Below, one piece after another: positions 7,815-17,922 of a stretch of DNA of 64,000 nucleotides (the first letter of the stretch is position 1; every line of letters starts with the position of its first letter). Origin of the DNA: a virus; the IMG/VR virus record IMGVR_UViG_3300020183_000053, positions 10,874 through 74,873 of that record. The stretch is one strand, 5' to 3'. The notes below the pieces were generated by a model, which was not told the DNA's origin, searched no databases, and worked only from the letters and a program-made list of their open reading frames with translations. The translations under genes were made by a program, and so were the position numbers.

Positions 7815-9842
7815 CTACCCACCAGCAGAATGCGCTGCCAGCGCGGACCCGCGCCCTGCCCGCCCTGCTGGCGTGGCCTCCCAGCTGTCGGCGTACACGC
7901 AGCTCTCAGGGTCGTAGAACTGCACCACGCGGGCGCCCTGCAGGCCGAACTCGCTGCGACACTTGTCCACGTGCACCGCTGTGGCTGGGTTCTGCACTGC
8001 GCGACCGGGCAGGATGCGCTCCACCACGATGCCCACGTGCGCATCCTGCCGGATGGCGCTCGCACCCTTCAGGTCGCCCAGCATGACGCGCCGCTGCTGG
8101 GTGACTGACAGGTTGTTCGGGTGGCAGATCAGCACCAGCGTGACCTCGCGCTGAACCGCGAACACAGCCATCTTCCGCACGGCGTCCTCAATGGCGCGGC
8201 GCTCGTCCTCGGCGCCTGTGACAAGGAACCCCAGGTGGTCAATCACTGCCACCTTGACGCCGCGCCTGCGCACGGCGTAGCCCACCGCCTCCAGCACCTG
8301 CTGCGTGCCCAGCTCCCCATAGTGGTCCAGCACGTAGATCGGCAGCTGGCCCAGCTGCGCCATCGCCGTGCGGCGCTCGTGTTCGCTGGCGTGCGAAAAG
8401 TCACCACCCAGCTGCGCACGCAGCAGCTTCTGCACCGTGCCGATAGGGCGCTGCTCGAAGCTGGTCAGCATCACAGGCACACCACGCAGCGCCTGCTCGC
8501 GCGCCACCCAGGTGGTCCACGATGTCTTTCCTGCTGCCGTGTCGCCGGTCACCACCACCAGCCCAGGCCGCCAGCCACCCAGCGCCTCGTCCAGCTTGGC
8601 GCTGCCAGTGGGTAGCCCGCGCAGCTCGGCGGGCCGCTGCACCAGCTGCTCGATGGCGTCGGCGTAGCTGTCCACCCGCACCAGCTGCACGTCCATCATC
8701 GGGCTGGCGGCGTCCAGCGCAGCGTGCACCGTGCGCTGCCCCACACAGGCGGCCAGACAGTCAGCGGCATCCTTGGCGGGCAGCTTGACCCGGCTGCACC
8801 GTTCCCTGCCCAGCTTCGCCGCCAGCGCCTGCGCACCCTGCTCGCCAGCATCGTCGGCGTCGTAAGCCAGCAGAAAGCTGCGGTATGGCTCCAGCACGTC
8901 CAGCCACTCGTCCAGCCACGTGCCTGCACCTGCAGTGCCTGTGACCACGTTGCGCTGCAGCCCGTACTGCCACAGGGCCAGCACGTCCAGCTCGCCCTCG
9001 GTGATCACCACCTCGCTGTCGGGGTCGCCGTCAAGCTGGTGCACACCGAACAGCGTGCTGGGTGCACCTGGGCAGCGCAGGTAGACCTTTTTCACTTGCC
9101 CAGCCTTGCACCTGTCGCACCCGGTGCCACCGCACCGCAGGCACGCGCCGGGCACGCTGCGGAAACGCACGTTCATCGCGGTGCCCTTGGCGTCCAGCAC
9201 CGGGAGCGCCACGTACTGCTCCAGTATCCGCCCGTCCGCACCACGCAGCAGGTGCGCGCCCACCTGCCAGTGCCGCAGCGTGTCCTCGGTGAAGCCGCGC
9301 CCCTGCAGGTAGGCGAGCACCTGGGCACCGTCAGCTGACCACAGTGCGGCGGCACACTCGGCGGGCAGGTCGGGCCGCCAGCCGAACGGGCCACCCTGCT
9401 GCGGTGTGACCGCTGGCGGCGCTGTGGCTGTCCGTGGCCGCTCCTGGCTGGTGGGTGCAGGTGTGGGCAGCCTGCGCACCGCAGGCGCGCCCCTGGCGGC
9501 ACCTGTGGCTCCCTGGGTGGCACCAGTGCACCACCCGTGCTCTGCCGCCCTGTCCCGCAGCTGCGCACGCTGGTCCTGCGACAGCTCGCGGAACCGGCCA
9601 CCGTACCACGCCAGCGCCAGCAGGTCGGGCACGTCCCCGCTGGCGTCGCAGCGGAAGCACCGCCAGCCCAGCCCGTCCGTGCGGGCGCCCAGCGGGCCGC
9701 GCCTGTCGTCACCGCCCCGCTGCTCTGCCTTGCACGCGGGGCAAGGCCCCAGCCCAGCCCCGCGCGTGGTGCGCAGCCCACACACCAGCGCAGCCTGCGC
9801 CACCGTTGCCGCGCCCTTCACCTCGTCAATCCAGCTGATCAC
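7815..9842 (-). CDS. Primase-helicase (Zn finger + TOPRIM + DnaB/SF4 helicase; T7 gp4/Twinkle-like)
   Basis: CPAC..CFRC; ITEGELD and YDADDAG TOPRIM; GDTAAGKT Walker A; IDHL, ICHP, DLKGASAIRQD. Confidence 0.92.
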   Translation of the reverse strand: MISWIDEVKGAATVAQAALVCGLRTTRGAGLGPCPACKAEQRGGDDRRGPLGARTDGLGWRCFRCDASGDVPDLLALAWYGGRFRELSQDQRAQLRDRAAEHGWCTGATQGATGAARGAPAVRRLPTPAPTSQERPRTATAPPAVTPQQGGPFGWRPDLPAECAAALWSADGAQVLAYLQGRGFTEDTLRHWQVGAHLLRGADGRILEQYVALPVLDAKGTAMNVRFRSVPGACLRCGGTGCDRCKAGQVKKVYLRCPGAPSTLFGVHQLDGDPDSEVVITEGELDVLALWQYGLQRNVVTGTAGAGTWLDEWLDVLEPYRSFLLAYDADDAGEQGAQALAAKLGRERCSRVKLPAKDAADCLAACVGQRTVHAALDAASPMMDVQLVRVDSYADAIEQLVQRPAELRGLPTGSAKLDEALGGWRPGLVVVTGDTAAGKTSWTTWVAREQALRGVPVMLTSFEQRPIGTVQKLLRAQLGGDFSHASEHERRTAMAQLGQLPIYVLDHYGELGTQQVLEAVGYAVRRRGVKVAVIDHLGFLVTGAEDERRAIEDAVRKMAVFAVQREVTLVLICHPNNLSVTQQRRVMLGDLKGASAIRQDAHVGIVVERILPGRAVQNPATAVHVDKCRSEFGLQGARVVQFYDPESCVYADSWEATPAGRAGRGSALAAHSAGG

Positions 9843-10926
9843 TGTCCCCTCCCAGCAGATGCTGCACGTGCTGCGGGTTCAGCAGCGCGTACAGGTTGTC
9901 GCCGTCGTCACTGCGTTCCACCACCACGATGTCAGCACCCCAGCCACGCAGCTCGCTGATACGGCTGGAATACTTCAGGGCAAGCTCGGCCAGCTCGTGC
10001 GTGCGCACGCCCTGGTCACCACGGCGCACGAACAGCTGCAGCATCGCCTCGCACTGTGCCGCCAGCCGCGCAGGGCGCGGGTCCACGGTGGTCTGCGTGC
10101 CAGCTGGGCCACGTCGCCGGTAGGCAGCCAGCGGCCCCAGGTCGGTGCCGTCACCACCACCCGCTGGCTGCTGCGTGGCCAGCCACTGCTCCACCAGCTG
10201 CAGCCTGTCGGCCAGCTTGCCCAGCCGCAGCAGGTTGTCGAGGCCCAGGTACGTGCGGCGATGGTCGTTCTGGCCACGCCAGAACCGGGCGGCAGGTTCG
10301 TCGGCGTCATAGGCGAACGCCACCAGCTGCACCAGCTGGTCGGCGGTGGCCTGCTGCAGCGCGCCCCGCACCAGCCGCTGCACCGGCTCGGCCAGCACAC
10401 ACGCACCAGGGCGCGCCTGCCTGTCGCGCCACGCAGCCCACACGCGCTCCACGTCCTGGGCGGCGCTGGGTGCAGCCGGGCGCACCAGACCCCAGCTGCG
10501 CGGGCTGGCGCGCCTGCCCTCGGCAGCGGTGGCGGGCCGCCCCAGCTGCCGCCCCAGCACAGCCAGCACCAGCTCGCGCGGTGGTGCTGGGCGGTCGCTG
10601 CACCGTGGCAGCGCCAGCGCGCCGCTGCTGGGCTGGTCCTCGTGCTGCCGCACCAGCCACGCCCAGGTCTGCGTGCCCAGCAGCAGGTCAGCGTGCTGCC
10701 ACAGGCCCAGCAGCCCACGCTGCTCCAGCGCCCGCACCTGCTGCACGGCGTGCAGCCGGTCGGCACCGTCCCGCAGCTGCGGCACCAGCTGCGCGCTAAC
10801 CACCTGCACGATGCCGTCCCTGTCGGCCTGCGCCTGCAGGTACAGCAGCAGCAGCCGCTGCTCGGCGTCAAGCGCCTGCACACGGGCATCAGCCCACCAC
10901 GCGGCGCGCAGCACAGTGTCACGCAT
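9826..10926 (-). CDS. Putative replication initiator/organiser with C-terminal HTH
   Basis: N-terminal 'W.D......L....RLLLLYL' pattern of phage replication proteins; C-terminal HELAELALKYSSRISELR HTH; upstream of the primase-helicase. Confidence 0.55.
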   Translation of the reverse strand: MRDTVLRAAWWADARVQALDAEQRLLLLYLQAQADRDGIVQVVSAQLVPQLRDGADRLHAVQQVRALEQRGLLGLWQHADLLLGTQTWAWLVRQHEDQPSSGALALPRCSDRPAPPRELVLAVLGRQLGRPATAAEGRRASPRSWGLVRPAAPSAAQDVERVWAAWRDRQARPGACVLAEPVQRLVRGALQQATADQLVQLVAFAYDADEPAARFWRGQNDHRRTYLGLDNLLRLGKLADRLQLVEQWLATQQPAGGGDGTDLGPLAAYRRRGPAGTQTTVDPRPARLAAQCEAMLQLFVRRGDQGVRTHELAELALKYSSRISELRGWGADIVVVERSDDGDNLYALLNPQHVQHLLGGDSDQLD

Positions 10927-10944
10927 CGGAACCCTCCCACGACA

Positions 10945-10975
10945 ACGCCCGCCCGGTGGTGTGCCGGGCGGGCGT
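10945..10975 (-). terminator. GC-rich stem-loop after the ssb-like gene
   Basis: Perfect 12-bp stem ACGCCCGCCCGG/CCGGGCGGGCGT, 7-nt loop, no U-tract. Confidence 0.5.
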
Positions 10976-10989
10976 GTCGGTTGCGCAGC

Positions 10990-11550
10990 TTAGAACGGGA
11001 TGTCGTCATCCTGGGCGGGTGCGCCACCACGCACACCACCACCGCCACCACCACCACCGCCCGCAGCGCGCTTCTGGCGGCCATCGCGGCACCACTGCTC
11101 GGCCTCGGTGATGGTGTCCTCCATCGCCTCGGTGATCTCGCCACCGTACAGCGCGAACTCCTGCACCTTCACGCGGGTCTTGCCGTTGTACGTGTCGTCC
11201 ACCAGCGTCACCCACACAGGGCGGCGGGTCAGCACGGTCCACGTGGCCTCGGGGTCCATCGCATCCCAGGGTGCGGTCTGGCCCAGCGCCTTGGCCAGCT
11301 GCTGCACGCGCCACACAGCCCGCTGCGACAGCGTGAGCGTGTCGTAGAACAGCCCGCGCACGTCGGCACCGTTTCCCTGCGGGTCGTCCACCACACACCA
11401 CCGGGCGTCGATTTTGTCATTCCCGGCGTTGCTTCGCCCGTACTCCATGTCGGCGCACCACACCAGCTTCCTGCCCGGCTGCACCTCGGGCCGCCGCTTG
11501 CCACCACCACCGCCCTGCTGCGGGGCGTTCGGGTCTACCATGAATGCCAT
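10990..11550 (-). CDS. Single-stranded DNA-binding protein (DUF669-like)
   Basis: Gly-rich linker and acidic DDDIPF tail; follows the Sak4-like gene; RBS AAGGAGG. Confidence 0.75.
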   Translation of the reverse strand: MAFMVDPNAPQQGGGGGKRRPEVQPGRKLVWCADMEYGRSNAGNDKIDARWCVVDDPQGNGADVRGLFYDTLTLSQRAVWRVQQLAKALGQTAPWDAMDPEATWTVLTRRPVWVTLVDDTYNGKTRVKVQEFALYGGEITEAMEDTITEAEQWCRDGRQKRAAGGGGGGGGGVRGGAPAQDDDIPF

Positions 11551-11578
11551 CGTACTGTCCTCCTTGATTGTTGTGGGG

Positions 11579-12406
11579 TCACTGCGCCGTGCGGCGGCGG
11601 CGTGCGGGCTGGGTGGGGTCAGGTGCCTCGGTGCGCGCAGGTGCAGGTGCTGCTGCCTGTGCCGCAGCTGCCACCGGGCGCTCGCCGTGCAGCTTGGCGA
11701 GCCATGCACAGATGTCGGGCGGCTCCACCGGGTCAAGGCCGGGCAGCGCCTTCGTCAGCAGGGTGGGCGGCCCCTGCAGCAGCACCCGGTGCTGCACGGT
11801 CACGGTGCCGTCCTCACCCTTGGCGCGCTCGCGGTACACGTACCCGACGAGCGAAAAGTAGCCCGCGATCTCATTGGGCAGCTTCTTGCCGTCAAAAGAC
11901 GGCTGCGTGTACCGCTGGCCGGTGCCTTCGTCGTTGTCGCTGGCCGACAGGGCGATGCAGACCACGTGAAACGGCAGGTCACGCACGGTGCGCACCAGCT
12001 TGCGCATCCGGTCAGTCAGTGTGCCCCAGTCCTGCAGGCTGAACGCCTCGCCGCCCGGTTGCCCCTTGCGGCTGGCGATGATCTCGTCCCGCAGCATACG
12101 CTGCAGCTCGGTGAGGCTGTCCAGCACGATGGTCTCGCAGCCGGTTTCCCGCGCCAGCGAACCGTCCAGCGCCGCTTTGAAGAACGCGCGCACCACGTCC
12201 ATATCGTGCGCCTGCACCACCACCGCGTCGGGGTTCGCCGCCTTGATGGTGGGCAGCCCGTTCGCCTCGGTCAGCAGGTAGCACGGGCGGGGTGCAGTGC
12301 TGGCTGCGTGTGTTTTGCCTGCGCCACTGTCCCCGTACAGCAGCGCCTTCACCTTCACGTCCTGGGCGGCCATCTCACCCACACGGCTCCAGCTCAAAAC
12401 GGACAC
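11579..12406 (-). CDS. Sak4-like (AAA_24) single-strand annealing ATPase
   Basis: LLYGDSGAGKT Walker A, TIVLDSLTE Walker B, QDWG; between exonuclease and SSB. Confidence 0.8.
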   Translation of the reverse strand: MSVLSWSRVGEMAAQDVKVKALLYGDSGAGKTHAASTAPRPCYLLTEANGLPTIKAANPDAVVVQAHDMDVVRAFFKAALDGSLARETGCETIVLDSLTELQRMLRDEIIASRKGQPGGEAFSLQDWGTLTDRMRKLVRTVRDLPFHVVCIALSASDNDEGTGQRYTQPSFDGKKLPNEIAGYFSLVGYVYRERAKGEDGTVTVQHRVLLQGPPTLLTKALPGLDPVEPPDICAWLAKLHGERPVAAAAQAAAPAPARTEAPDPTQPARRRRTAQ

Positions 12407-13818
12407 TCGACACCCCCTGCCGCTGCTGCGGCCTTCACGTTGTTCTGCTTCACGGCGTCAGCGGTCAGCCAGCGCACAGGGTGCCGCTGCTGGAACGCCG
12501 CACGCCCCACTGCGCTGTCCTCCTGGCAGATGCCAGTGAACGGACAGCTGCCACCGGGCTGGCGGCACAGCGGCACCCGGTGCCACTGTGCAGCCACCTG
12601 CTCGTCGTTGGTCACCGTGCCACCCTCTGCAGTGGCAGTGCCCACCACCGCCCGGCGCCACGTGGCCAGCCGGGTGGCCTCCGCGAACAGCTCCACCTCG
12701 TACCTGCGCAGCTGCTCGGGCGTGTAGCGCCCGAACTCGCGGTGGTACAGGCTGCCGTCCACGCTCTCGCGCAGGTGCTGCAGCAGGTCGCGCAGCCCCT
12801 GCAGCTCGTCGGGCTTGTACCGGCTCGCGTCCTCGTCCTGCAGCACCTGCTCCAGCTCCCAGCTGGGCACGCGCTGACGCTTGTCGGTGCTCAGCTTGCC
12901 GCTGGCCAGCCGCTTCGGTTCACGCTGGTGGCCACTGCCAGCCACGTCCCAGACGTAGCCCTCCACCTGCCGCCCCTCGCCCCACTTCCCGGTGCCCACG
13001 AGATACCACAGCGCCCGCAGGTAGCCGGGCAGCTGGGTGTCCAGGCCCAGGTTCTCGCCATAGGTGCTCGGGCTGGCGCTGGTCTTGGTTTCCCACAGCC
13101 ACAGGTTCCCGCTGCGCCGGTTTGCCACCACCGCGTCCAGCTGCGCCAGCTGGAACCACGGCAGCACCACCTCCTGCACCTGCGCAGGGCTGTCGCCCGC
13201 GCTGGCCAGCCGCCAGCCGTCGCCCGTGGTCACCACAGGCACCCGGCTGCGGTACGTTTCCCCGGTGGTGGGGCTGGTGATGGGCGCTGCCACCGCCAGC
13301 TCGGTGGCCAGCACCTGCCAGTCGTCGCGCATCCCGCTGCCGTACACGTGCAGCCAGCCCAGCACGGCGCGGCGCAGGCGGTCCACCTCGGCCTCCACGC
13401 CACCGTCCTCGGCCTCGTAGACCTCGGGCTGCTTCCGCAGCCCTGCGGCCACGTACTCCACCGCGCCCAGGCCGGTGCCATCGCACAGCGGGCAGGTGGG
13501 GTCAGCACCGTGGCAGTGCAGGCAGCGGTCCAGGCCCTCGGACGGGTACAGCTCGCCGTCGTGGTGCTGCAGCCAGCCCAGCACCCGCTCCAGGATGCGG
13601 TGGTAGGCAGTGCCGAACCGCATCGCACCCGTGGCCTCACCACTTAGGCCGGTGCCGTACTCGTACCACCAGCGGCGCGGACACCACGCAGCACGCCGCT
13701 CGCTGTTCGTCATCACCATCGCGCCGGGCGGCAGCCCCAGCACGCCGCTCTCGTATCGCGGGGCGATTGTCGCTGCAGCGCGGAACCGCTGCCTCTGTCT
13801 CTGGACACGCTGGGCCAC
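12394..13818 (-). CDS. PD-(D/E)XK exonuclease (Cas4/AddB-like, Fe-S cysteines)
   Basis: CPRRWWY, FGTAYH, ATE, LDAV..WETKT, QLPGY, C-terminal C..C....IC; extra CLHC/CPLC; GTG start with AGGAGG. Confidence 0.8.
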   Translation of the reverse strand: MAQRVQRQRQRFRAAATIAPRYESGVLGLPPGAMVMTNSERRAAWCPRRWWYEYGTGLSGEATGAMRFGTAYHRILERVLGWLQHHDGELYPSEGLDRCLHCHGADPTCPLCDGTGLGAVEYVAAGLRKQPEVYEAEDGGVEAEVDRLRRAVLGWLHVYGSGMRDDWQVLATELAVAAPITSPTTGETYRSRVPVVTTGDGWRLASAGDSPAQVQEVVLPWFQLAQLDAVVANRRSGNLWLWETKTSASPSTYGENLGLDTQLPGYLRALWYLVGTGKWGEGRQVEGYVWDVAGSGHQREPKRLASGKLSTDKRQRVPSWELEQVLQDEDASRYKPDELQGLRDLLQHLRESVDGSLYHREFGRYTPEQLRRYEVELFAEATRLATWRRAVVGTATAEGGTVTNDEQVAAQWHRVPLCRQPGGSCPFTGICQEDSAVGRAAFQQRHPVRWLTADAVKQNNVKAAAAAGGVECPF

Positions 13819-13832
13819 TGTGCACCTCCTGT

Positions 13833-13866
13833 GTGGGTGGCTGCTGTGTAGTAGGCAGCCACCCAC
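13833..13866. other. Perfect hairpin just upstream of the exonuclease RBS
   Basis: GTGGGTGGCTGC / GCAGCCACCCAC 12-bp stem, 10-nt loop. Confidence 0.55.
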
Positions 13867-13888
13867 TAACCCGCACACGGGTGGGGTG

Positions 13889-15382
13889 CTATTCCTGTGG
13901 CCGAACCCACAGCACCCTGCGCAGCGCGTCCACAGCGTGCGCACGCGCCACTGGCGGCGGCACCTGCAGGCCCAGCGCCTCGCGGTACGCCTGCTCGCGG
14001 GCGCGCCACTGGCCACGGAACGGCGTACCGTCCACGATGTCCACCACCACCGGCTGCACCTTTTCGTCGGCCACGCGCATCACGCGCCCGATGCGCTGCA
14101 CGGCGCGCCCTGCTGCCCGCCCTGTGCTGGCCACCACCAGACAGTCGAGCGCAGGCACGTCCAGCCCCTCGTCGGCCAGCTGCGTGGCCACCAGCACCTG
14201 CAGCTGGCGCGCCCGCAGCTGGCGCAGCTGGGCCACGCGCTGCACCTTGCCCGTGGCGCTGGTGGCGTCCGCAGCCAGCACACCACGCGCACGCAGGTGC
14301 TGGGCGAGCACCTGCGCCTGCTCCACGCGCGGCACCAGCAGCAGGGTGGTGCGGCCAGCCTGCGCTGCCACCGTGGCCAGCTGCAGCAGCAGCTGGTGCC
14401 GCTCGGGGTCGTCCACCAGCTGCTGCACGGCGCGGGAGATCACCAGCTGCCCGCTCGCGCTCGTGCACCGCTGCAGGTCCACCTGGGTGGCGCTGAACAC
14501 TGGCAGGATGGCGGGCTGCATCAAGTAGCCGCCCGCCAGCAGCTGCTGGGTGGTGATCTCGTAGAGCTGCTCACCCAGCGCCAGCTCCAGCATCCCCGTC
14601 AGCCCGTCGCCGCGCTCTGGCGTGGCGGTCACGCCCCACCGATGCCGCGCAGGCACGCGGTCCAGCAGCTCGCGGAACGTGCTGGCTGGTGCGTGGTGGC
14701 ATTCGTCCAGCACCACAGCGCCCGCGCTGGCCAGCAGCGGGTCAGCCGCTGCACCAGCCCGGCTTAGGGTCTGAACCATCGCCACGCACAGCTCGGGGCC
14801 AGTGGCGTACACACCCAGCGGCCCCAGGCGCGCCTGCCCACCCACCACCGCACGCACCCGGTATCCCCAGCCCCGCAGCAGCCGCACCCACTGCTCCAGC
14901 AGGTCGTGGGTGTGCACCAGCACCAGCCCAGGCTCACCGCTGGCAGCCAGCGCGCTGCACGCGATCACTGTCTTGCCAGCCCCGCAGGGCGCCACCACGT
15001 GCCCCTGCACGCCGAACAGCATCGCCTCCACGGCATCTCGCTGGTAGGCACGCAGCTGCACAGGCAGGTCGGCCAGCGGCACCCGCTGCACAGCGCGGGA
15101 CACCACCGCACTGCCCCAGGTCAGCTCGGCACCGTGCAGCGCAGCCTGCTGCCGCACCCGCTTCACCGCACCACGTGGCACGTGCAGCCAGTCGCCACGC
15201 TGCTCCCAGAGCGCCAGGGTGGCGGGTAGGTGCCCACCGGACAGCCCAGCCCGCACCAGCTGCTCACGCTCAGGGTTCGGCACGGTCAGCAGCTGCTGCA
15301 CCGCTTGGACGAACCGCAGCGGCACCCGCTGCAGGTGCAGCGCCAGCGTGGCGGCGACGTGTGCGTTCGGTGTGGTGGTCAT
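13889..15382 (-). CDS. Superfamily 2 (DExH) helicase
   Basis: LRAYQ, APCGAGKT, LDECHH, TATPER, EGLDVP, QRIGRVMR. Confidence 0.92.
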   Translation of the reverse strand: MTTTPNAHVAATLALHLQRVPLRFVQAVQQLLTVPNPEREQLVRAGLSGGHLPATLALWEQRGDWLHVPRGAVKRVRQQAALHGAELTWGSAVVSRAVQRVPLADLPVQLRAYQRDAVEAMLFGVQGHVVAPCGAGKTVIACSALAASGEPGLVLVHTHDLLEQWVRLLRGWGYRVRAVVGGQARLGPLGVYATGPELCVAMVQTLSRAGAAADPLLASAGAVVLDECHHAPASTFRELLDRVPARHRWGVTATPERGDGLTGMLELALGEQLYEITTQQLLAGGYLMQPAILPVFSATQVDLQRCTSASGQLVISRAVQQLVDDPERHQLLLQLATVAAQAGRTTLLLVPRVEQAQVLAQHLRARGVLAADATSATGKVQRVAQLRQLRARQLQVLVATQLADEGLDVPALDCLVVASTGRAAGRAVQRIGRVMRVADEKVQPVVVDIVDGTPFRGQWRAREQAYREALGLQVPPPVARAHAVDALRRVLWVRPQE

Positions 15383-15564
15383 ATTGAAGAAAGGGGAACC
15401 GGCTGCAGGCCAGGAGCACAGTGTCAGCAGCGCAGGAGGAACGCGCAGCCGGTCCCCGCCCAGTCTTAGGCCCACCGGGTGCTTTCCGCACACCGCCGGG
15501 CTATACCGGGGTGCCGCAGGCGCCACCACGCGCCTGCAGCTGCCACCACGGACCCATCACGATC

Positions 15565-17034
15565 ATGGCGACAGCCGCACCCTACCACGCCACCAGCGTG
15601 GTGTCGAGCCTTGCCCTGCCCGCCGACGCGCTGGCTACCGCTGCGCGCCGCCTGGAGGCTGGGCTGCTGGCTGCGGCAGCTGGCTGCGGTGCGCTGGGTG
15701 TGGGGCTGCGTGCCGCCCTGTACGGCTGGGCGGTGCAGCTGCAGCACGCACAGCGGCTCCCCTGCGGGCGGTGGTACGTCGAGAGCTGCCCCAGCTACGT
15801 CGCCACCGTGCAAGGCTGCACGCGCTGGGCGGCCACGCTGGCGTGGCGCTGTGCCCAGCAGCTGGTGGGCTGGTCAGAGGTCGCCACCGACCACGCGCGG
15901 GCGCTGGGCGCCCAGCTGCGCCGGGTGCGATGGGGCACCCGGTACGGGCGGCACCTGCTGCTGGACGGGTGGCAGCTGGCTGGGCTGCGCGCCGCAGCTG
16001 GTGTGCCCGCAGGCGCCGCTGGCGAACTGCTGGTGGATGCTGACGAGGCGCTGGCGCGCCTGCGCGGTGGCGCCCGCACCGCCACAGTGCGGTGCCCACT
16101 GCACGATGACCGCACGCCGTCGCTGGTGCTGTGGGCCAGCGGCGGCGCGCAGTGCATGGCCTGCCAGCAGCAGGATGGCACCGCGCCCCGCTGGGCGTGG
16201 CTGGCGGCAGGCCAGCAGGTGCGCCTGCTGCCTGCTACCCGCACCAGCACGGCACAGCAGCGCCACCAGCACAATAAAAGCCCCCAGGTAGCCCAGGCGG
16301 CCACCGTGCAGCCGGTCGGGGTGCCTGTGGGTGGGTGTGTGGTGCGCGGTGCTGTGCACAGCGGGCACACGGCTGCACTGCTGCGGGCAGCCACCACACA
16401 CTGCGGGCGGGTGGCCACGTGGCGCACAGCGGGCAGCCGGGCGGCTGGTGGTGTGCTGGCTGCGCTGCAGCGGGCCGACGCCAGCAGCTGCACGCCAGCG
16501 GCCACACAGCGCGCCCACGACGCGGCGCTGTTCGGGGCTGGGCTGCCCGGTCGGGCGGTGCTGCCCGACAGGCTGCTCAGCGTGTCCACGATGGGGCGCG
16601 CACCGGGTGGCGGCTGGGCCACGCCGCAGGTGCCACGGTGCCAGCAGTGGGTGCTGCTGGACATTGATGACGTGCAGCTGCCTGCTGCGTGCGGTGGGCT
16701 GGGCCACGCCATCGCGGCAGTGGTGGCGGCAGACGGCGAGGCCAGCGGGCGCTGCGCTGTGGTGCGCACCGGCCCCGCTGGGCTGCAGGTGTGGGTGCAG
16801 CTGGCGCACGCGCGCCACAGCGCCACCACGTGGCACCAGCACCCTGCGGTGCGCAGGTGGTACACCACGCTCGGGGCGCGGGTGTTGGCGGCTGCACGCG
16901 CGCACGGCGCGCAGGGTGGCCACGTAGACACCAGCGCCTGCGCTGCGGGGCGGTTCGGGCGGCGCCCAGGCTGGCGGCTGGTGGGCGGCGCACCCTACCG
17001 GGCGCACCTGCTGCACGTGGTCAGCGGTGCGTGA
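15565..17034 (+). CDS. Zn-finger (CHC2-like) plus AEP/RepB'-like primase domain protein; only plus-strand gene
   Basis: CPLHDDRTPS...CMAC; LLDIDD; VVRTGPAGLQVW; D....RFGRRPG. Confidence 0.6.
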   Translation: MATAAPYHATSVVSSLALPADALATAARRLEAGLLAAAAGCGALGVGLRAALYGWAVQLQHAQRLPCGRWYVESCPSYVATVQGCTRWAATLAWRCAQQLVGWSEVATDHARALGAQLRRVRWGTRYGRHLLLDGWQLAGLRAAAGVPAGAAGELLVDADEALARLRGGARTATVRCPLHDDRTPSLVLWASGGAQCMACQQQDGTAPRWAWLAAGQQVRLLPATRTSTAQQRHQHNKSPQVAQAATVQPVGVPVGGCVVRGAVHSGHTAALLRAATTHCGRVATWRTAGSRAAGGVLAALQRADASSCTPAATQRAHDAALFGAGLPGRAVLPDRLLSVSTMGRAPGGGWATPQVPRCQQWVLLDIDDVQLPAACGGLGHAIAAVVAADGEASGRCAVVRTGPAGLQVWVQLAHARHSATTWHQHPAVRRWYTTLGARVLAAARAHGAQGGHVDTSACAAGRFGRRPGWRLVGGAPYRAHLLHVVSGA

Positions 17035-17051
17035 GCACCAGCGGGCGCTCG

Positions 17052-17327
17052 CTACGCTCCGAGCTGCTGCCGCTGCACCGCGCCACGCGGGCCGATGAAC
17101 CAACGGCTATCGAACAGGAACGCAGGTTCGCCCATGAAGTCGGCGCCCAGGTGGCGCAGGTCCACGCCGAACGAACGACCAGCCGGGTGCATCTCCACGT
17201 CCAGCTGCAGGGTGCAGGCATCGCCATAGCGTTCGCGGAGCACGCCGTACACTGCGCGTGCGATCGGGAGTGGGAACTGGCGCAGCTGCTGGCTGATGCT
17301 GTCGATGGTGCCGGTGAACTTGTGCAT
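17052..17327 (-). CDS. Hypothetical protein
   Basis: ATG with AGGAGG, downstream of class I motif copy 3. Confidence 0.65.
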   Translation of the reverse strand: MHKFTGTIDSISQQLRQFPLPIARAVYGVLRERYGDACTLQLDVEMHPAGRSFGVDLRHLGADFMGEPAFLFDSRWFIGPRGAVQRQQLGA

Positions 17328-17354
17328 GGGTGCCTCCTGGTGGCACGCTCGACA

Positions 17355-17381
17355 TAACGCCGCAGCAGTTACACACGCAAG
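17355..17381 (-). promoter_or_regulatory. Class I repeated motif copy 3
   Basis: CTTGCGTgtgTAACtgctgcggcGTTA with upstream A-tract. Confidence 0.7.
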
Positions 17382-17400
17382 GGGCATCAGGTGTTTTTTT

Positions 17401-17922
17401 TCATAACGCGGCCAGAAGCACAGGCAGGTGGCCGTTCTGCGCGCAGAACGGCACGCCCAGCTGGTGCAGCTGCGGCAGCGACAGGCTGGCGCTGCCCCGT
17501 GGCAGATCACGCCCTGCCTGGGCGGCCTCGTGCCACCGCTCCCACACTGGCGCAAGCTGGCTCCACGGCAGCACCCACTGCGTGCTGCTGGGCTGGTGGC
17601 GCAGCAGCACCACGCCCAGCCCGCCCTGCGCCTGCCACGCAGACAGGCGGCGCGCTTGATGGGCGTGCAGCTTGGCCAGCTGCCAGCGGTCAGCCACGCA
17701 GTCCTTCGCCTCGGCGGCGATGGCACGGCCACCAGCGAGCAGCACATAGTCGGGTGGCCCCTCGGTGGCGTACACAGCCACGAACTGCCCGCCCGACAGC
17801 GCACGCAGGATGCGCATCGGTGGCGGGGTGCGCAGCACCACCGCCTGCCCGGTGGCCTCGTAGCGTGCGTGATGCAGCTCCAGCAGCTGCTCCCAGGCGC
17901 GCCCTCGGTTCGCGTGGCTCAC
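17401..17922 (-). CDS. recU: RecU-like Holliday junction resolvase
   Basis: ANRG..WE, PDY, AEAKD, HQ..L motifs. Confidence 0.75.
   Translation of the reverse strand: MSHANRGRAWEQLLELHHARYEATGQAVVLRTPPPMRILRALSGGQFVAVYATEGPPDYVLLAGGRAIAAEAKDCVADRWQLAKLHAHQARRLSAWQAQGGLGVVLLRHQPSSTQWVLPWSQLAPVWERWHEAAQAGRDLPRGSASLSLPQLHQLGVPFCAQNGHLPVLLAAL

Noticed and set aside
12394-13818. Cas4-like gene as a sign of CRISPR-Cas
   Set aside because: No array or other cas genes seen; context with Sak4 and SSB indicates a recombination exonuclease
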